The notes under the pieces are model-generated. The model had not been told where the DNA came from. It made no database searches and worked only from the letters and a program-made list of their open reading frames with translations. 64,000 nt of DNA from an uncultured Actinoplanes sp. (GTDB taxonomy: Bacteria > Actinomycetota > Actinomycetes > Mycobacteriales > Micromonosporaceae), in contig CAKUCL010000006.1 in the NCBI GenBank assembly GCA_934643405.1, positions 2,714 to 66,713 of the forward strand. Direction: 5' to 3'. Positions 18,961 through 27,904 of the stretch are shown one piece after another. Position 1 is the first letter of the stretch. Each line of letters begins with the position of its first letter. A program made the translations under genes and the position numbers.

Positions 18961-20613
18961 TCAGTGCGGCTCGCCCCCCGGGCTGTAGGCCTTGAGGAAC
19001 CGGTCGCGGAACTCGTTCATCGGCCAGACCGGCGCGTCGTGGGCCGGGGTCAGGCCGTCGGTCCAGCCCCAGCTCTTGATCCGGTCGAGCACCTTCGGGT
19101 CCTTCGCGACGATCGAGATCGGCACGTCCTTGCTGGCGTTCTGCCCCACCACGACCGAGGCCGGCTGGTGGTCGCCGAGGAACACCATGACCAGGTTGTC
19201 GTCGCCGTACTTCTGGACGTACGAGATCAGGCTGTCCACCGAGTAGGCGATCGACTTCGCGTACGCCTCCTTGACCTTGTGCCCGTCCTTCCAGAGCGCC
19301 TGGGTGCTCTGCGCGCCGGCGGTCATCGGCCCGTACACCGAACCGTCGCCCACCTGCTCCCACGGCAGCGTCTGCGGGATCGGGTTCCACGGCGTGTGGC
19401 TGGACGTCAGCGTGATCTCGGCCAGCAGCGGGCCGCGCCTCTTGCTGTACTCGAGCTCCTGGAAGCGCTGCATGACGAACTGGTCGGGCATCGGCGACCA
19501 GCTCATCGTCGGCCCGTGGTAGCCCAGCGTGTGCGAGTCCCACACCTGGTCGTAGCCGTAGAACTGTCCCTCCGGCCACGCGTACGTGACGCCGGGCTCG
19601 ACTCCGACCGTACGGAAACCCGCCCTGCCGAAGGCCCTGGTGAGCGTGAGCCGATCGCTGGAGACGACGCTGCGGTAGCGCTGCTGGCTGTCGATCCAGA
19701 GGCCGGTGAGGAAGGTGGAGTGGGCGAGCCAGCTGCCGCCGCCCGCCGTGGAGGAGGTCAGGAAGCCGGTCCTGGCGGCGAAGCCCTTTGCCTTGAGCTT
19801 GTCCTGGTCGGCGCGCAGCTGATCGAGCACCTGGCCGTTGAACTCGGGGTTCTCCACCGCGTCCCGGCCGTAGCTCTCCACGAAACCGACGATCACGTCC
19901 TTGCCGCGCAGCGCGGTGAGCAGCTGGTCGTCCGGCAGGTTCCGGTACGCGTCGACCTGCACCTCGGCCTCGAAGCGCTTACGGTCCTGGATGTCCTGCG
20001 GCACCTTGAGCGCGGTGTCGCGGGCCAGGTCGGCGGCCGCCTGGGAGGCGACCGGGATGCCGCCGACGATCTGCACGCCCAGCACGGTCAGCACCACCCA
20101 GGCGCTGCTCAGCGCGAAGACGGTGTGCCGGGTCGGTTCGGCGTGGGCGGCGAGGATGCGGGTCAGTCTGCGTACGGCGAGGGTCGTGAACGTGACGAGC
20201 GCGGCGGAGAGCAGGATGGCCGCGGCGGCGACGCCGATCGCGCCCGCCTTGCCGAACGAGCCCTCCAGGAAGCGGTAGCCGTCGCTGAACAGGACCCAGT
20301 CGTTGACCGGGTCGAACTCGCGGGCGAGCACCGCGAAGAACCCCATGTCGACCAGCTTCACCACGGTGAGCAGGCCGAGCGCGAAGCCGAGGACCGAGGC
20401 CACGATCATGCGCGCGCGCCCGCGCAGCACGAGCAGGACGGCGACCGCGACGAGCGCCTCGAGGGGGATCCGGACCAGCGCGTTCACCACCGGATTGCCG
20501 GGTGGCAGCCGGGTGATCTGGTCGGGCAGGACGAGCTCGAGAAAGACCAGCAGGCTCGCGAGCGTGGTCACCACTACGCCGCCGACACGGCGTAGTTGTT
20601 TCCGTGTTGTCAC
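18961..20613 (-). CDS. Membrane-anchored sulfatase/LtaS-like (alkaline-phosphatase superfamily) protein
   Basis: About 5 N-terminal TM helices followed by a soluble domain with sulfatase-family features (FLTSSTAGGGSWLAHSTFLTGLW, VFLGDHQP). Confidence 0.7.
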   Translation of the reverse strand: MTTRKQLRRVGGVVVTTLASLLVFLELVLPDQITRLPPGNPVVNALVRIPLEALVAVAVLLVLRGRARMIVASVLGFALGLLTVVKLVDMGFFAVLAREFDPVNDWVLFSDGYRFLEGSFGKAGAIGVAAAAILLSAALVTFTTLAVRRLTRILAAHAEPTRHTVFALSSAWVVLTVLGVQIVGGIPVASQAAADLARDTALKVPQDIQDRKRFEAEVQVDAYRNLPDDQLLTALRGKDVIVGFVESYGRDAVENPEFNGQVLDQLRADQDKLKAKGFAARTGFLTSSTAGGGSWLAHSTFLTGLWIDSQQRYRSVVSSDRLTLTRAFGRAGFRTVGVEPGVTYAWPEGQFYGYDQVWDSHTLGYHGPTMSWSPMPDQFVMQRFQELEYSKRRGPLLAEITLTSSHTPWNPIPQTLPWEQVGDGSVYGPMTAGAQSTQALWKDGHKVKEAYAKSIAYSVDSLISYVQKYGDDNLVMVFLGDHQPASVVVGQNASKDVPISIVAKDPKVLDRIKSWGWTDGLTPAHDAPVWPMNEFRDRFLKAYSPGGEPH

Positions 20614-20683
20614 TGAGAGTTCCTAACCGCCGTGGCTTTCCTACCATCAGGTACACGGCGACCGCGCGGGTTCGGTTCATCGA

Positions 20684-21625
20684 TCAGAGGAGCGTCACCA
20701 CCACTTTCCCACGAACCTCGCCGGTGGCCAGGTAATCCAGGGCCGCGGCGGTGTCCGCCAGCGGGAACACCCGATCGAGTACGGGTGTGACCGACCCGTC
20801 GGCGAGAAGCCCGGCGATGGTGTCCAGCTCCTCACGCTTCGTGATCGACATCAGCGACACCAGCCGTTGCCCGATGAGCGGCGACAGCGACACGGCCCGC
20901 ATCTGGCGGTCGAAGCCCTGCAGCAGGCGGCCGGGCCCGCCCTCCCCGCCGACCAGCACCGCGGTGCCGTTCGGGGTGAGGTGCGCGCGCAGGGTGCGCA
21001 GCGGCCGTCGTCCGGCGGTGTCGATGATGGCGTCGTACCGCCCGCAGACCTCGAGGCCCGCGCCCAGGCCGCGTACGAGGTCGCTCTTGGCGTCCCGGGC
21101 CACACCGGTGACCTCGGCCCCCCGGTGTCGGGCCAGCTGCACGGCGAAGGTGCCGACCCCGCCGCCCGCTCCGAGGATCAGCACCCGCAGGCCGGGCGCG
21201 AGGCGGGCTTCGCGGACAGCGTGCAGCGCGGTGACGGCCGAGATCGGGCAGGCCGCCGCCTGCTCGTGCGAGATGCCGGACGGCTTCCTGGCGATCTTGG
21301 TGACCTTGGCGCGCGTCTTCTCCGCGAACGTCCCCTCACCGATCCCGAAAACCTCGTCCCCGACCGCGTACGCCGTGACCCGCTCGCCGATCCGCTCGAC
21401 GACCCCGCTCATCTCCGCCCCGCGCACCGCGGTCCTCGGCCGGCGCAACCCGGACCCGAGCCGGGCCACCAGCGGCATCCCGGTCAGGTGGTGCCACACG
21501 CCCCGGTCCACCCCGGCCGCGCAGACCCGGACCAGCACCTCATCCTCGGCGAGGGCCGGTTCGTCGATCTCCGCGAGCCGCAGCACGCCGGCATCCCCGT
21601 ACACGTCCTGCACGACGGCCTTCAC
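20684..21625 (-). CDS. Zn-dependent/quinone oxidoreductase-type NAD(P)-dependent dehydrogenase (MDR superfamily)
   Basis: VKAVVQDVYG... start with SD GAAGGAGA upstream. Rossmann motif ILGAGGGVGTFAVQLA. The track ORF's long N-terminal extension is rejected. Confidence 0.85.
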   Translation of the reverse strand: MKAVVQDVYGDAGVLRLAEIDEPALAEDEVLVRVCAAGVDRGVWHHLTGMPLVARLGSGLRRPRTAVRGAEMSGVVERIGERVTAYAVGDEVFGIGEGTFAEKTRAKVTKIARKPSGISHEQAAACPISAVTALHAVREARLAPGLRVLILGAGGGVGTFAVQLARHRGAEVTGVARDAKSDLVRGLGAGLEVCGRYDAIIDTAGRRPLRTLRAHLTPNGTAVLVGGEGGPGRLLQGFDRQMRAVSLSPLIGQRLVSLMSITKREELDTIAGLLADGSVTPVLDRVFPLADTAAALDYLATGEVRGKVVVTLL

Positions 21626-21852
21626 GCGTTGTCTCCTTCGTCCGGGTATCCGAACACTTCGTCGAGGGGCACCCGGAAGATCCGGGCGATCTGGAACGCC
21701 ACCTCGAGCGAGGGCGAGTACCGCCCCTGCTCGATGGCGATGACGGTCTGCCGGGTGATGCCGAGCCGCCGGGCCAGCTCGGCCTGGGTCATGTCGTCCG
21801 ACGCCTGCCGAAGCACCCGGATCCGGTTGGTGATCCGGGTCGGCTTCACCAT
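21622..21852 (-). CDS. XRE-family HTH transcriptional regulator (small, ~76 aa)
   Basis: MTQAELARRLGITRQTVIAIEQGRYSPSLEVAFQIARIF. Overlaps both neighbouring genes by a few nt. Confidence 0.85.
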   Translation of the reverse strand: MVKPTRITNRIRVLRQASDDMTQAELARRLGITRQTVIAIEQGRYSPSLEVAFQIARIFRVPLDEVFGYPDEGDNA

Positions 21853-22295
21853 GCGTGCCGCCGGGGCAGCCCGTACCGATAGGCGACGATCCTCGCGGTC
21901 GAGCCGAGGACCGCCGAGAGCACGAAGCCGAGGTAGAGCACGTTGGCGATCCACGACGAGCGCACCTCGAACAGCGCGAGGGCCAGCGCCACCACGCCGC
22001 CGGCGGTGATCGTGGAGCCGCCGACGTGGTCGCCGAAGCGCGCGATCTCGCGATCCCGCTCGTCCTTGGGCTCGCGCGGGCTCCGGACGGTGAGGGCGAT
22101 GTGCAGCACGATGCTGACGACGACGGCACCCCCGACGGACCAGAGCATCGCCGCGACGTAGGGGACGCCGCCGCCGAGGACCGCCGCGAGATAGCTCACG
22201 CAGGCCACGACACTGACCGGCCCGAGGACCCAGGCCCGTTTCTCTTCGCTGGTCATGCGCTCACGGTAGAACCTCGTGTCAAAAATGTTTGACAT
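21846..22295 (-). CDS. DUF2178-like small membrane protein (usual partner of the small XRE regulator)
   Basis: 149 aa with 4 predicted TM helices. Conserved gene order with the 76-aa XRE gene. Confidence 0.65.
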   Translation of the reverse strand: MSNIFDTRFYRERMTSEEKRAWVLGPVSVVACVSYLAAVLGGGVPYVAAMLWSVGGAVVVSIVLHIALTVRSPREPKDERDREIARFGDHVGGSTITAGGVVALALALFEVRSSWIANVLYLGFVLSAVLGSTARIVAYRYGLPRRHAW

Positions 22296-22622
22296 CGGTC
22301 CCTCGCTCGCCGCTGTCGCCGCCCGCGGAAGTGGTTCCGGGGAGGGTTCGGGCGGCTTCCGTCAAGGCCGCCGCCGCGCTGTGCGAACAGGGTGGTGTTC
22401 GCGCGCGCTGCGCCCACCTGCCGCCGTCCGCGAGGATGGCGATGAGCTGGTAACGCTCGGAGACTCCGATGTGGACGCCGACGGAAAGCAGACGACGCCG
22501 TCGCCGTCGTTCTCGTGCTCGACCACCGTTCGATCGATGTGCGTAAATCAGCTCGGGGTGCTCTGACCTACCGGCGAAGAAATTCAGCCGACCGATGACG
22601 GGTTCGCGGCTACGCTGCCCGG

Positions 22623-23162
22623 ATGTACAAGGTCGATCTGGGCGGCGGCGCCGAGCTGCGCCCGCTGGAGCCGTGGCAGGCGGACGAATTCCTCGCGCAC
22701 ATGGACCGCGCCCGCGCGACCGTCGATCCCTGGATCCCGTGGGCGAGCGTCAGCACCGACCTGGACTCGGCCCGCCGGACCCTGCAGCGGTACGCCGACA
22801 AGCAGGCCCGCGACGAGGGCCGCATCTACGGCATCTGGCTCGACGGCGTGCTCGTCGGCGGCACCATGTTCGTCGGCTTCGACGTCGCTTCCGGCAACTG
22901 CGAGGTCGGCTGCTGGCTGGAACCGGCGGCGACCGGCCGTGGCCTGATCACCGCGGCGGTCCGGCTGCTCATCGACTGGGCGCTGGTCACCCGCGGCCTG
23001 CACCGCGTCGAGTGGCACTGCCGCACGGACAACGTGGCGAGCTCCAATGTGGCCCGTCGGCTCGGCATGACCCGGGACGGCACGATGCGCCAGTCGTACC
23101 CGTGGAAGGGCGTCCGGCACGACACCGAGATCTGGGCCGTCCTCGCGCCGGAGTGGAAGTGA
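22623..23162 (+). CDS. GNAT N-acetyltransferase (RimJ/RimL-like)
   Basis: 179 aa, GNAT core (CEVGCWLEPAATGRGLITAAVRLLIDWAL...HRVEWHCRTDNVASSNVARRLGM). Confidence 0.85.
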   Translation: MYKVDLGGGAELRPLEPWQADEFLAHMDRARATVDPWIPWASVSTDLDSARRTLQRYADKQARDEGRIYGIWLDGVLVGGTMFVGFDVASGNCEVGCWLEPAATGRGLITAAVRLLIDWALVTRGLHRVEWHCRTDNVASSNVARRLGMTRDGTMRQSYPWKGVRHDTEIWAVLAPEWK

Positions 23163-23568
23163 CGGTGAGGTGCCGGGCATGACTCCCGCGCGGCATTAGG
23201 CGATCGGCGAAGCACCGAGCCGACGACGCCACGCCACCGGCGTGGGGAGTTACCGTGCTGTCCGCACGCTCTGGCCTCGATCACCCTGCGCGCCAAGGCC
23301 CGGCTGTGCGGTCTGCTGGCCGTGATCGTGGTCGCCGGCACCTCCACCGGCATCGCCCACCGCGCCCTTCTCGTGGTCGCCTACCCGACCGCGGACGACG
23401 TGGTCGCCCCCGCCGAGTGCACCGAGGCCGGCACGTGGGTCACCTAGGCCGACAACGCCGGGTACGCGGCCGGGCGACCCTGGCCGGCACGATCGTCGAC
23501 GGGGCGCGCACCGGCCCGGCGTTCCTGGCCGGCGCCGCGCTGCCGGGCGTGACCGCTTTAATGAGCGC

Positions 23569-24282
23569 GTGCTCTCCGAACCGCAGCTGACCCACCGCAT
23601 CGAGGACGACCGCCAGGTGCCACTGCTCGTGTGGCGCCTGGCGGCGCCGGCGCTGGCGATCTCGTCGGCCGTGCTGGGCGGTGGCATCGGCCCCTGCGCC
23701 TGGATGGTCAACGCGACCGTCCCGATGTCCTACGACCGCCCCGATCCGGCCGCCCACCTCGCCGAGATCGCGGCCGGCCTCGACCTGCGCGGTCCCGGCG
23801 TGGGCCTGATGACCGGCGTGGACGTCGCCGACGTGGTCTCGGCGGAGCAGGACGGCGTCCGCCTGTGGGCGACGGTAGGCCTGGGCGCTCCCATCCAGGC
23901 CGCCCCCGCATCGTGCGGGGATTCCCGCCACCAGGGGCGGCCGGAATCCCCGCACGAGGGTGGGCACGTGGGGACGATCAACGTGGTGGCGTGGGTGCCG
24001 GAGCGGCTCAGCGCGGCAGCGCTGGTCAACGCGGTCGCCACGATCACCGAGGCGAAGACGCAGGCCGTACGGGATCTGGGACTCGCCGCCACCGGGACGG
24101 CCACCGACGCGGTCTGTGTGGTCTGCCCGCCCAGCGGGCCGGTCGCCGAGTACGGCGGGCCGCGGTCGCGGTGGGGCGAGCCGCTGGCCCGGGCCACCCA
24201 CCGGGCGGTGCTGGCCGGCGGCGAGGTCAATCTCTCCGGCATCCAGTCGTGGTCGGAGCGCGCCGGGCTCAGTGGTAGGTGA
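23569..24282 (+). CDS. cbiZ: Adenosylcobinamide amidohydrolase (CbiZ family)
   Basis: Family-typical segments (AISSAVLGGGIG, WMVNATVPMSY, GTINVVAWVPERLSAAALVNAVATITEAKTQAV, ATGTATDAV). GTG start. Confidence 0.7.
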   Translation: MLSEPQLTHRIEDDRQVPLLVWRLAAPALAISSAVLGGGIGPCAWMVNATVPMSYDRPDPAAHLAEIAAGLDLRGPGVGLMTGVDVADVVSAEQDGVRLWATVGLGAPIQAAPASCGDSRHQGRPESPHEGGHVGTINVVAWVPERLSAAALVNAVATITEAKTQAVRDLGLAATGTATDAVCVVCPPSGPVAEYGGPRSRWGEPLARATHRAVLAGGEVNLSGIQSWSERAGLSGR

Positions 24283-24853
24283 GCTCCCCGGCCTCGATCG
24301 GCGCGGCCACCTGGTTCTCCGGCGGGGCCAGCGGGCAGAGCCACGCGTCGTCGTACGCGCAGGAGGGGTTGTAGAGGTAGTTGAAGTCGAGCCGCACGCG
24401 CCCGTCCCCGAGCGGCACGACCCCCCGGCCGTGCGTGCCCTTCACCGTGTCGGTCAGGTAGCGGCCCCCGCCGTACGAACCCTTGCCCGCCGTCCCGTCG
24501 CGCACCGGCAGGAACAGACCGCCGCCGTAGGCGCTGATCCACCAGAGCGACAACTCCCCGTACGGCGTTTCCAGGATCCCGGCCCGCCGGTAGTGCACGA
24601 CGCCGTCCTCGCCGCCGGTGTCGATGTCGATCTCGCCGTCCGCCGGGCGCAACGTCACCTCGGCGATCGCCTCGTCGTTCGGCGGGAAGTACCGCAGGCC
24701 GGTGAACGCGGCCCGCTCGGCGGCCGGGATGGCGGACTGCGGGTGGGTGCCGAACAGCACGTCACGCCGGGCACGGAACTCCTTGAGGCCGGTGTCCTCG
24801 AGGTACATCCGGGCGACGGCGGCGCGGTAGTCGGTCAGCTCGAGTGCGTCCAT
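24269..24853 (-). CDS. DUF1684 domain protein
   Basis: 194 aa from ATG 24853 (MDALELTDYRAAV). C-terminal YNPSCAYDDAWLCPLAPPEN is typical of DUF1684. The track ORF continues upstream out of any sensible protein. Confidence 0.8.
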   Translation of the reverse strand: MDALELTDYRAAVARMYLEDTGLKEFRARRDVLFGTHPQSAIPAAERAAFTGLRYFPPNDEAIAEVTLRPADGEIDIDTGGEDGVVHYRRAGILETPYGELSLWWISAYGGGLFLPVRDGTAGKGSYGGGRYLTDTVKGTHGRGVVPLGDGRVRLDFNYLYNPSCAYDDAWLCPLAPPENQVAAPIEAGELTYH

Positions 24854-24879
24854 GACGAAGACGCTAGCCGCGGAACGGA

Positions 24880-25914
24880 TCAGGCGGGGTAGGCAGTGGC
24901 CTCCGTCGCTTTCAGCGACGCCCAGAGCACGCGTCCCGGTTCCAGGCCGAGCTGCACCGCGGCGGCCGGGGTGACGTCGGCCGCGACCGGCAGCGGGCCG
25001 GCCAGCTCGACCCGTAGCGCGTCGCCGTGCCGGGCCACCGCCGTGACCGTCGCCTGCCAGGTGTTGCGCGGGCTGCCCGACGGCCGGGTGGCGTACAACG
25101 CGACCGCGGACGGCGGGAACGCCACGAACACGTCCCCGTCCACCGGGCTCGCGGTGACCAGCACGAACCCGTCCGGCAGCGTCACCGACGTGCCGGTGGC
25201 GCGCCCCCGGTACAGGTTCAGGCCGACCAGGCGGGCCACGTAGTCGGTCCGCGGCCGGGCGGTGATCGTCGCGGCGTCGCCGGTCTGCACGATCCGGCCG
25301 TCCTCGATGATCACCAGCCGGTCGGCCAGCATCAGCGCGTCCAGCGGGTCGTGGGTGACCAGCACGGTCGCGCCGGCGAACGACGACAGGTGACCGCGCA
25401 ACCGGGCCCGGGTGTCCAGCCGGGTGCGGGCGTCGAGCGCGGCCAGCGGCTCGTCCAGCAGCAGCAGTTTCGGCTCGGCGGCCAGCGCCCGGGCAAGGGC
25501 CACCCGCTGGGCCTGGCCGCCGGACAGCTGGCGCGGCTTCTTCCGTACATGATCCGCAAGCCCGACCCGGTCGAGCCAGGACCGAGCCTGTTCCCGGGCC
25601 TGCCGGCGCGGGACGTGCCGGCAGCGCGGGCCGAACGCGACGTTGTCCAGCGCGGTGAGATGCGGGAACAGCAGATAGTCCTGGAACACCACGCCGATGC
25701 GGCGCCGCTCGGGCGGCTCGTCGTCGAGCCGGGCGCCGTCCAGCGTGACGTGCCCGTCGGCGAGCGGGACCAGCCCGGCCAGCGCCCGCAACGCGGTGGT
25801 CTTGCCCGCACCGTTCGGCCCGAGCAGCGCCACCACCTCGCCGGGCTGGGCGGTCAGCGTGACGTCGAGGGTGAATCCCACCCGCCGCACCACGATCCGC
25901 GCGTCCAGGCTCAT
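24880..25914 (-). CDS. modC: Molybdate ABC transporter ATP-binding protein
   Basis: Walker A GPNGAGKTT, LSGGQAQRVALARAL and a C-terminal TOBE-like domain. ATGA overlap with modB. Confidence 0.85.
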   Translation of the reverse strand: MSLDARIVVRRVGFTLDVTLTAQPGEVVALLGPNGAGKTTALRALAGLVPLADGHVTLDGARLDDEPPERRRIGVVFQDYLLFPHLTALDNVAFGPRCRHVPRRQAREQARSWLDRVGLADHVRKKPRQLSGGQAQRVALARALAAEPKLLLLDEPLAALDARTRLDTRARLRGHLSSFAGATVLVTHDPLDALMLADRLVIIEDGRIVQTGDAATITARPRTDYVARLVGLNLYRGRATGTSVTLPDGFVLVTASPVDGDVFVAFPPSAVALYATRPSGSPRNTWQATVTAVARHGDALRVELAGPLPVAADVTPAAAVQLGLEPGRVLWASLKATEATAYPA

Positions 25915-26699
25915 GGCGACACCCACCTGTCCCGCAGCGCCGCCAGGATCGCCACCGACACCACGAGCAGCACCAGGCTGAGCACGATGGCGGCGTCCAC
26001 GTCCTGCTCCAGGGCGAGATAGACGGCGAGAGGCATGGTTTGCGTACGGCCGGGGAAGTTGCCGGCAAACGTGATCGTCGCCCCGAACTCACCCAGCGCC
26101 CGCGCCCAGCAGAGCACCGCACCGGCCGCCACGCCGGGCCCGATCAGCGGCAACGTGACCCGCCGGAACGCGGTCCACCGGGTCGCGCCCAACGTGGCCG
26201 CCGCCTCCTCGTACCGGGGGTCCGCCCCGCGCAACGCCCCCTCCACGCTGATCACCAGGAACGGCATCGCCACGAACGCCTCGGCGAGCACCACCCCGGC
26301 CGTGGTGAACGGCAGTGTCACCCCGAACGCCGAGTCGAGCCACTCGCCGACCAGCCCCCGCCGGCCGAACACCAGCAGCAGCGCGACGCCACCGACCACC
26401 GGCGGCAGCACCAGCGGCACGGTGACCAGCGCGCGCACGAACCGCCGGCCGGGGAACTCGACGCGCGCCAGCAGCCAGGCCAGCGGCACCCCGAGGACCA
26501 GGCAGACCACGGTGGCGAGGGTCGCCGTCAGCAACGACAGGCGCAACGCGGCCAGGATGCCCGGCTCGGTCAGCCGCTGCGGCAGGGTCGGCCACGGCGC
26601 CCGGATCAGCAGGCCGGCCAGCGGGAGCACGAGAAAGGCCAGCCCGGCGATCGCGGGGATCGCCAGGGCCGGTGGGATCTTTCCGGACGGGCGTCTCAG
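25911..26699 (-). CDS. modB: Molybdate ABC transporter permease
   Basis: ModB-like throughout (PLVLPPVVGG, EAA-loop EEAAATLGATRWTAFRRVTLP, GEFGATITFAGN). There is no ATG/GTG/TTG near the modA stop. The candidate starts are a CTG overlapping the modA stop (CTGA) at 26699, or GTG at 26630. Confidence 0.8.
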   Translation of the reverse strand: MRRPSGKIPPALAIPAIAGLAFLVLPLAGLLIRAPWPTLPQRLTEPGILAALRLSLLTATLATVVCLVLGVPLAWLLARVEFPGRRFVRALVTVPLVLPPVVGGVALLLVFGRRGLVGEWLDSAFGVTLPFTTAGVVLAEAFVAMPFLVISVEGALRGADPRYEEAAATLGATRWTAFRRVTLPLIGPGVAAGAVLCWARALGEFGATITFAGNFPGRTQTMPLAVYLALEQDVDAAIVLSLVLLVVSVAILAALRDRWVSP

Positions 26700-27472
26700 G
26701 GCTTCTGAAACCCTGCGTCGGTGAGCACCGTCAGGGCGGGTCCACCGCGCACGAACGCGACGAACGCGGCCGCGGCCGCCGGGTTGCCCGCGTTCTTCAG
26801 CGCGACGATGAGGTAGTCGTTGACCGCGCCGGCCGACTCGGGGAACTCGATGCCCTCGACGTCGCCGGCCGCCGCCCTCGTGTCGGTGCGGTAGACCAGG
26901 GCCGCGTCCACCTCGCCCAGCCGCACCTTGGACAGGGCCGCCTTGACGTCCTGCTCCTGGGTCACCGGGGTGAGCCGGACATTCGCCGCGGCCAGGGCCT
27001 TCTTCGCGGCCGCGCCGCACGGCACCTGCTCGGCGCAGAGCGCGACCTTGACGCCCGGCCGGGTGAGATCGGCCAGGGTCCGGACGCCGCCCGGGTTGCC
27101 CGTGGGCACGGCGATGACCAGCTGGTTCCGCACGAAGACCACGGGCTCGCCGTCGGCCTCGCCGGCGTCGGTCACGGCCTTCATGGTGGCCGGGCTGGCG
27201 GCGGCGAACACGTCGGCGGGCGCGCCCGCGGTGATCTGCTGGGCCAGGCCGGAGCTTCCCCCGTACGAGAAGGTCACCTCCACGCCGGGGTGGCCGGCCT
27301 CGAAGTCGTGGCCGATCCGGTCGAACGACCCGGTGAGCGACGCCGCCGCCAGGACGGTCAGCCTCCCGGAGATTCCCTGCCCGGCTGCCTCCGGTGCGCC
27401 GCCTCGGTCATCGCCGCAGGCCGCGGTCGCCACCACGGCGGCGATCGCCAGACCGGCCACGACCTTGTTCAT
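26696..27472 (-). CDS. modA: Molybdate ABC transporter substrate-binding lipoprotein
   Basis: Lipobox (VVATAAC-G) and ModA-like sequence (LTVLAAASL, VFAAASP, ALVYRTD). Confidence 0.9.
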   Translation of the reverse strand: MNKVVAGLAIAAVVATAACGDDRGGAPEAAGQGISGRLTVLAAASLTGSFDRIGHDFEAGHPGVEVTFSYGGSSGLAQQITAGAPADVFAAASPATMKAVTDAGEADGEPVVFVRNQLVIAVPTGNPGGVRTLADLTRPGVKVALCAEQVPCGAAAKKALAAANVRLTPVTQEQDVKAALSKVRLGEVDAALVYRTDTRAAAGDVEGIEFPESAGAVNDYLIVALKNAGNPAAAAAFVAFVRGGPALTVLTDAGFQKP

Positions 27473-27867
27473 CAGTCGTCCCCTCGCTCCACCACGACGG
27501 TGGTCGACTTGATCACGGCGATGGCGGTGGACCCGACCTCCAGTCCCAGCTCGCCGACCGCCTCGCTGCTCATCAGCGAGACCACCCGGAACGGGCCGGC
27601 CTGGATGTCGACCTGCGCCATCACGGCGTCGCGGGTGATCGCGGTGACGATGCCGCGCAGGCGATTGCGGGCCGACGAGCGGCGGGAGCCGGGATCCGGC
27701 TCGTCGGCCAGCGACCGGGCGAACCCGGCGAGGTCGGCGCCCCCGATCGTGCGATGCCCGTGATCGTCGCGCGCGGCCGCCAGCCGGCCCGCGTCGATCC
27801 AGCGGCGCACGGTGTCCACGCTGACCCCGAGCAGCTCCGCCGCCTCGCCCATGCGGTACGTCGTCAC
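27472..27867 (-). CDS. HTH (MerR/excisionase-type) plus TOBE/Mop domain regulator (molybdate-responsive, ModE-like role)
   Basis: MGEAAELLGVSVDTVRRWIDAGRL HTH, followed by a TOBE-like NRLRGIVTAITRDAVMAQVDIQAG...AVIKSTTVVV. Its stop overlaps the modA start. Confidence 0.8.
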   Translation of the reverse strand: MTTYRMGEAAELLGVSVDTVRRWIDAGRLAAARDDHGHRTIGGADLAGFARSLADEPDPGSRRSSARNRLRGIVTAITRDAVMAQVDIQAGPFRVVSLMSSEAVGELGLEVGSTAIAVIKSTTVVVERGDD

Positions 27868-27904
27868 GATCTCACCCTAGGGCCGCAGCTGCCACGAATG
27901 GCAT

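Noticed and set aside
22276-22566. 96-aa + strand ORF (MSKMFDIGPSLAAV...)
   Set aside because: It starts antisense to the DUF2178 gene start, has mixed codon bias, and has no recognisable family. The region is better explained as a decayed reverse-strand gene.
23448-23568. Cobalamin riboswitch upstream of cbiZ
   Set aside because: No B12-box-like element or conserved riboswitch core is recognisable in the 120 nt upstream. The region looks like degraded coding sequence instead.
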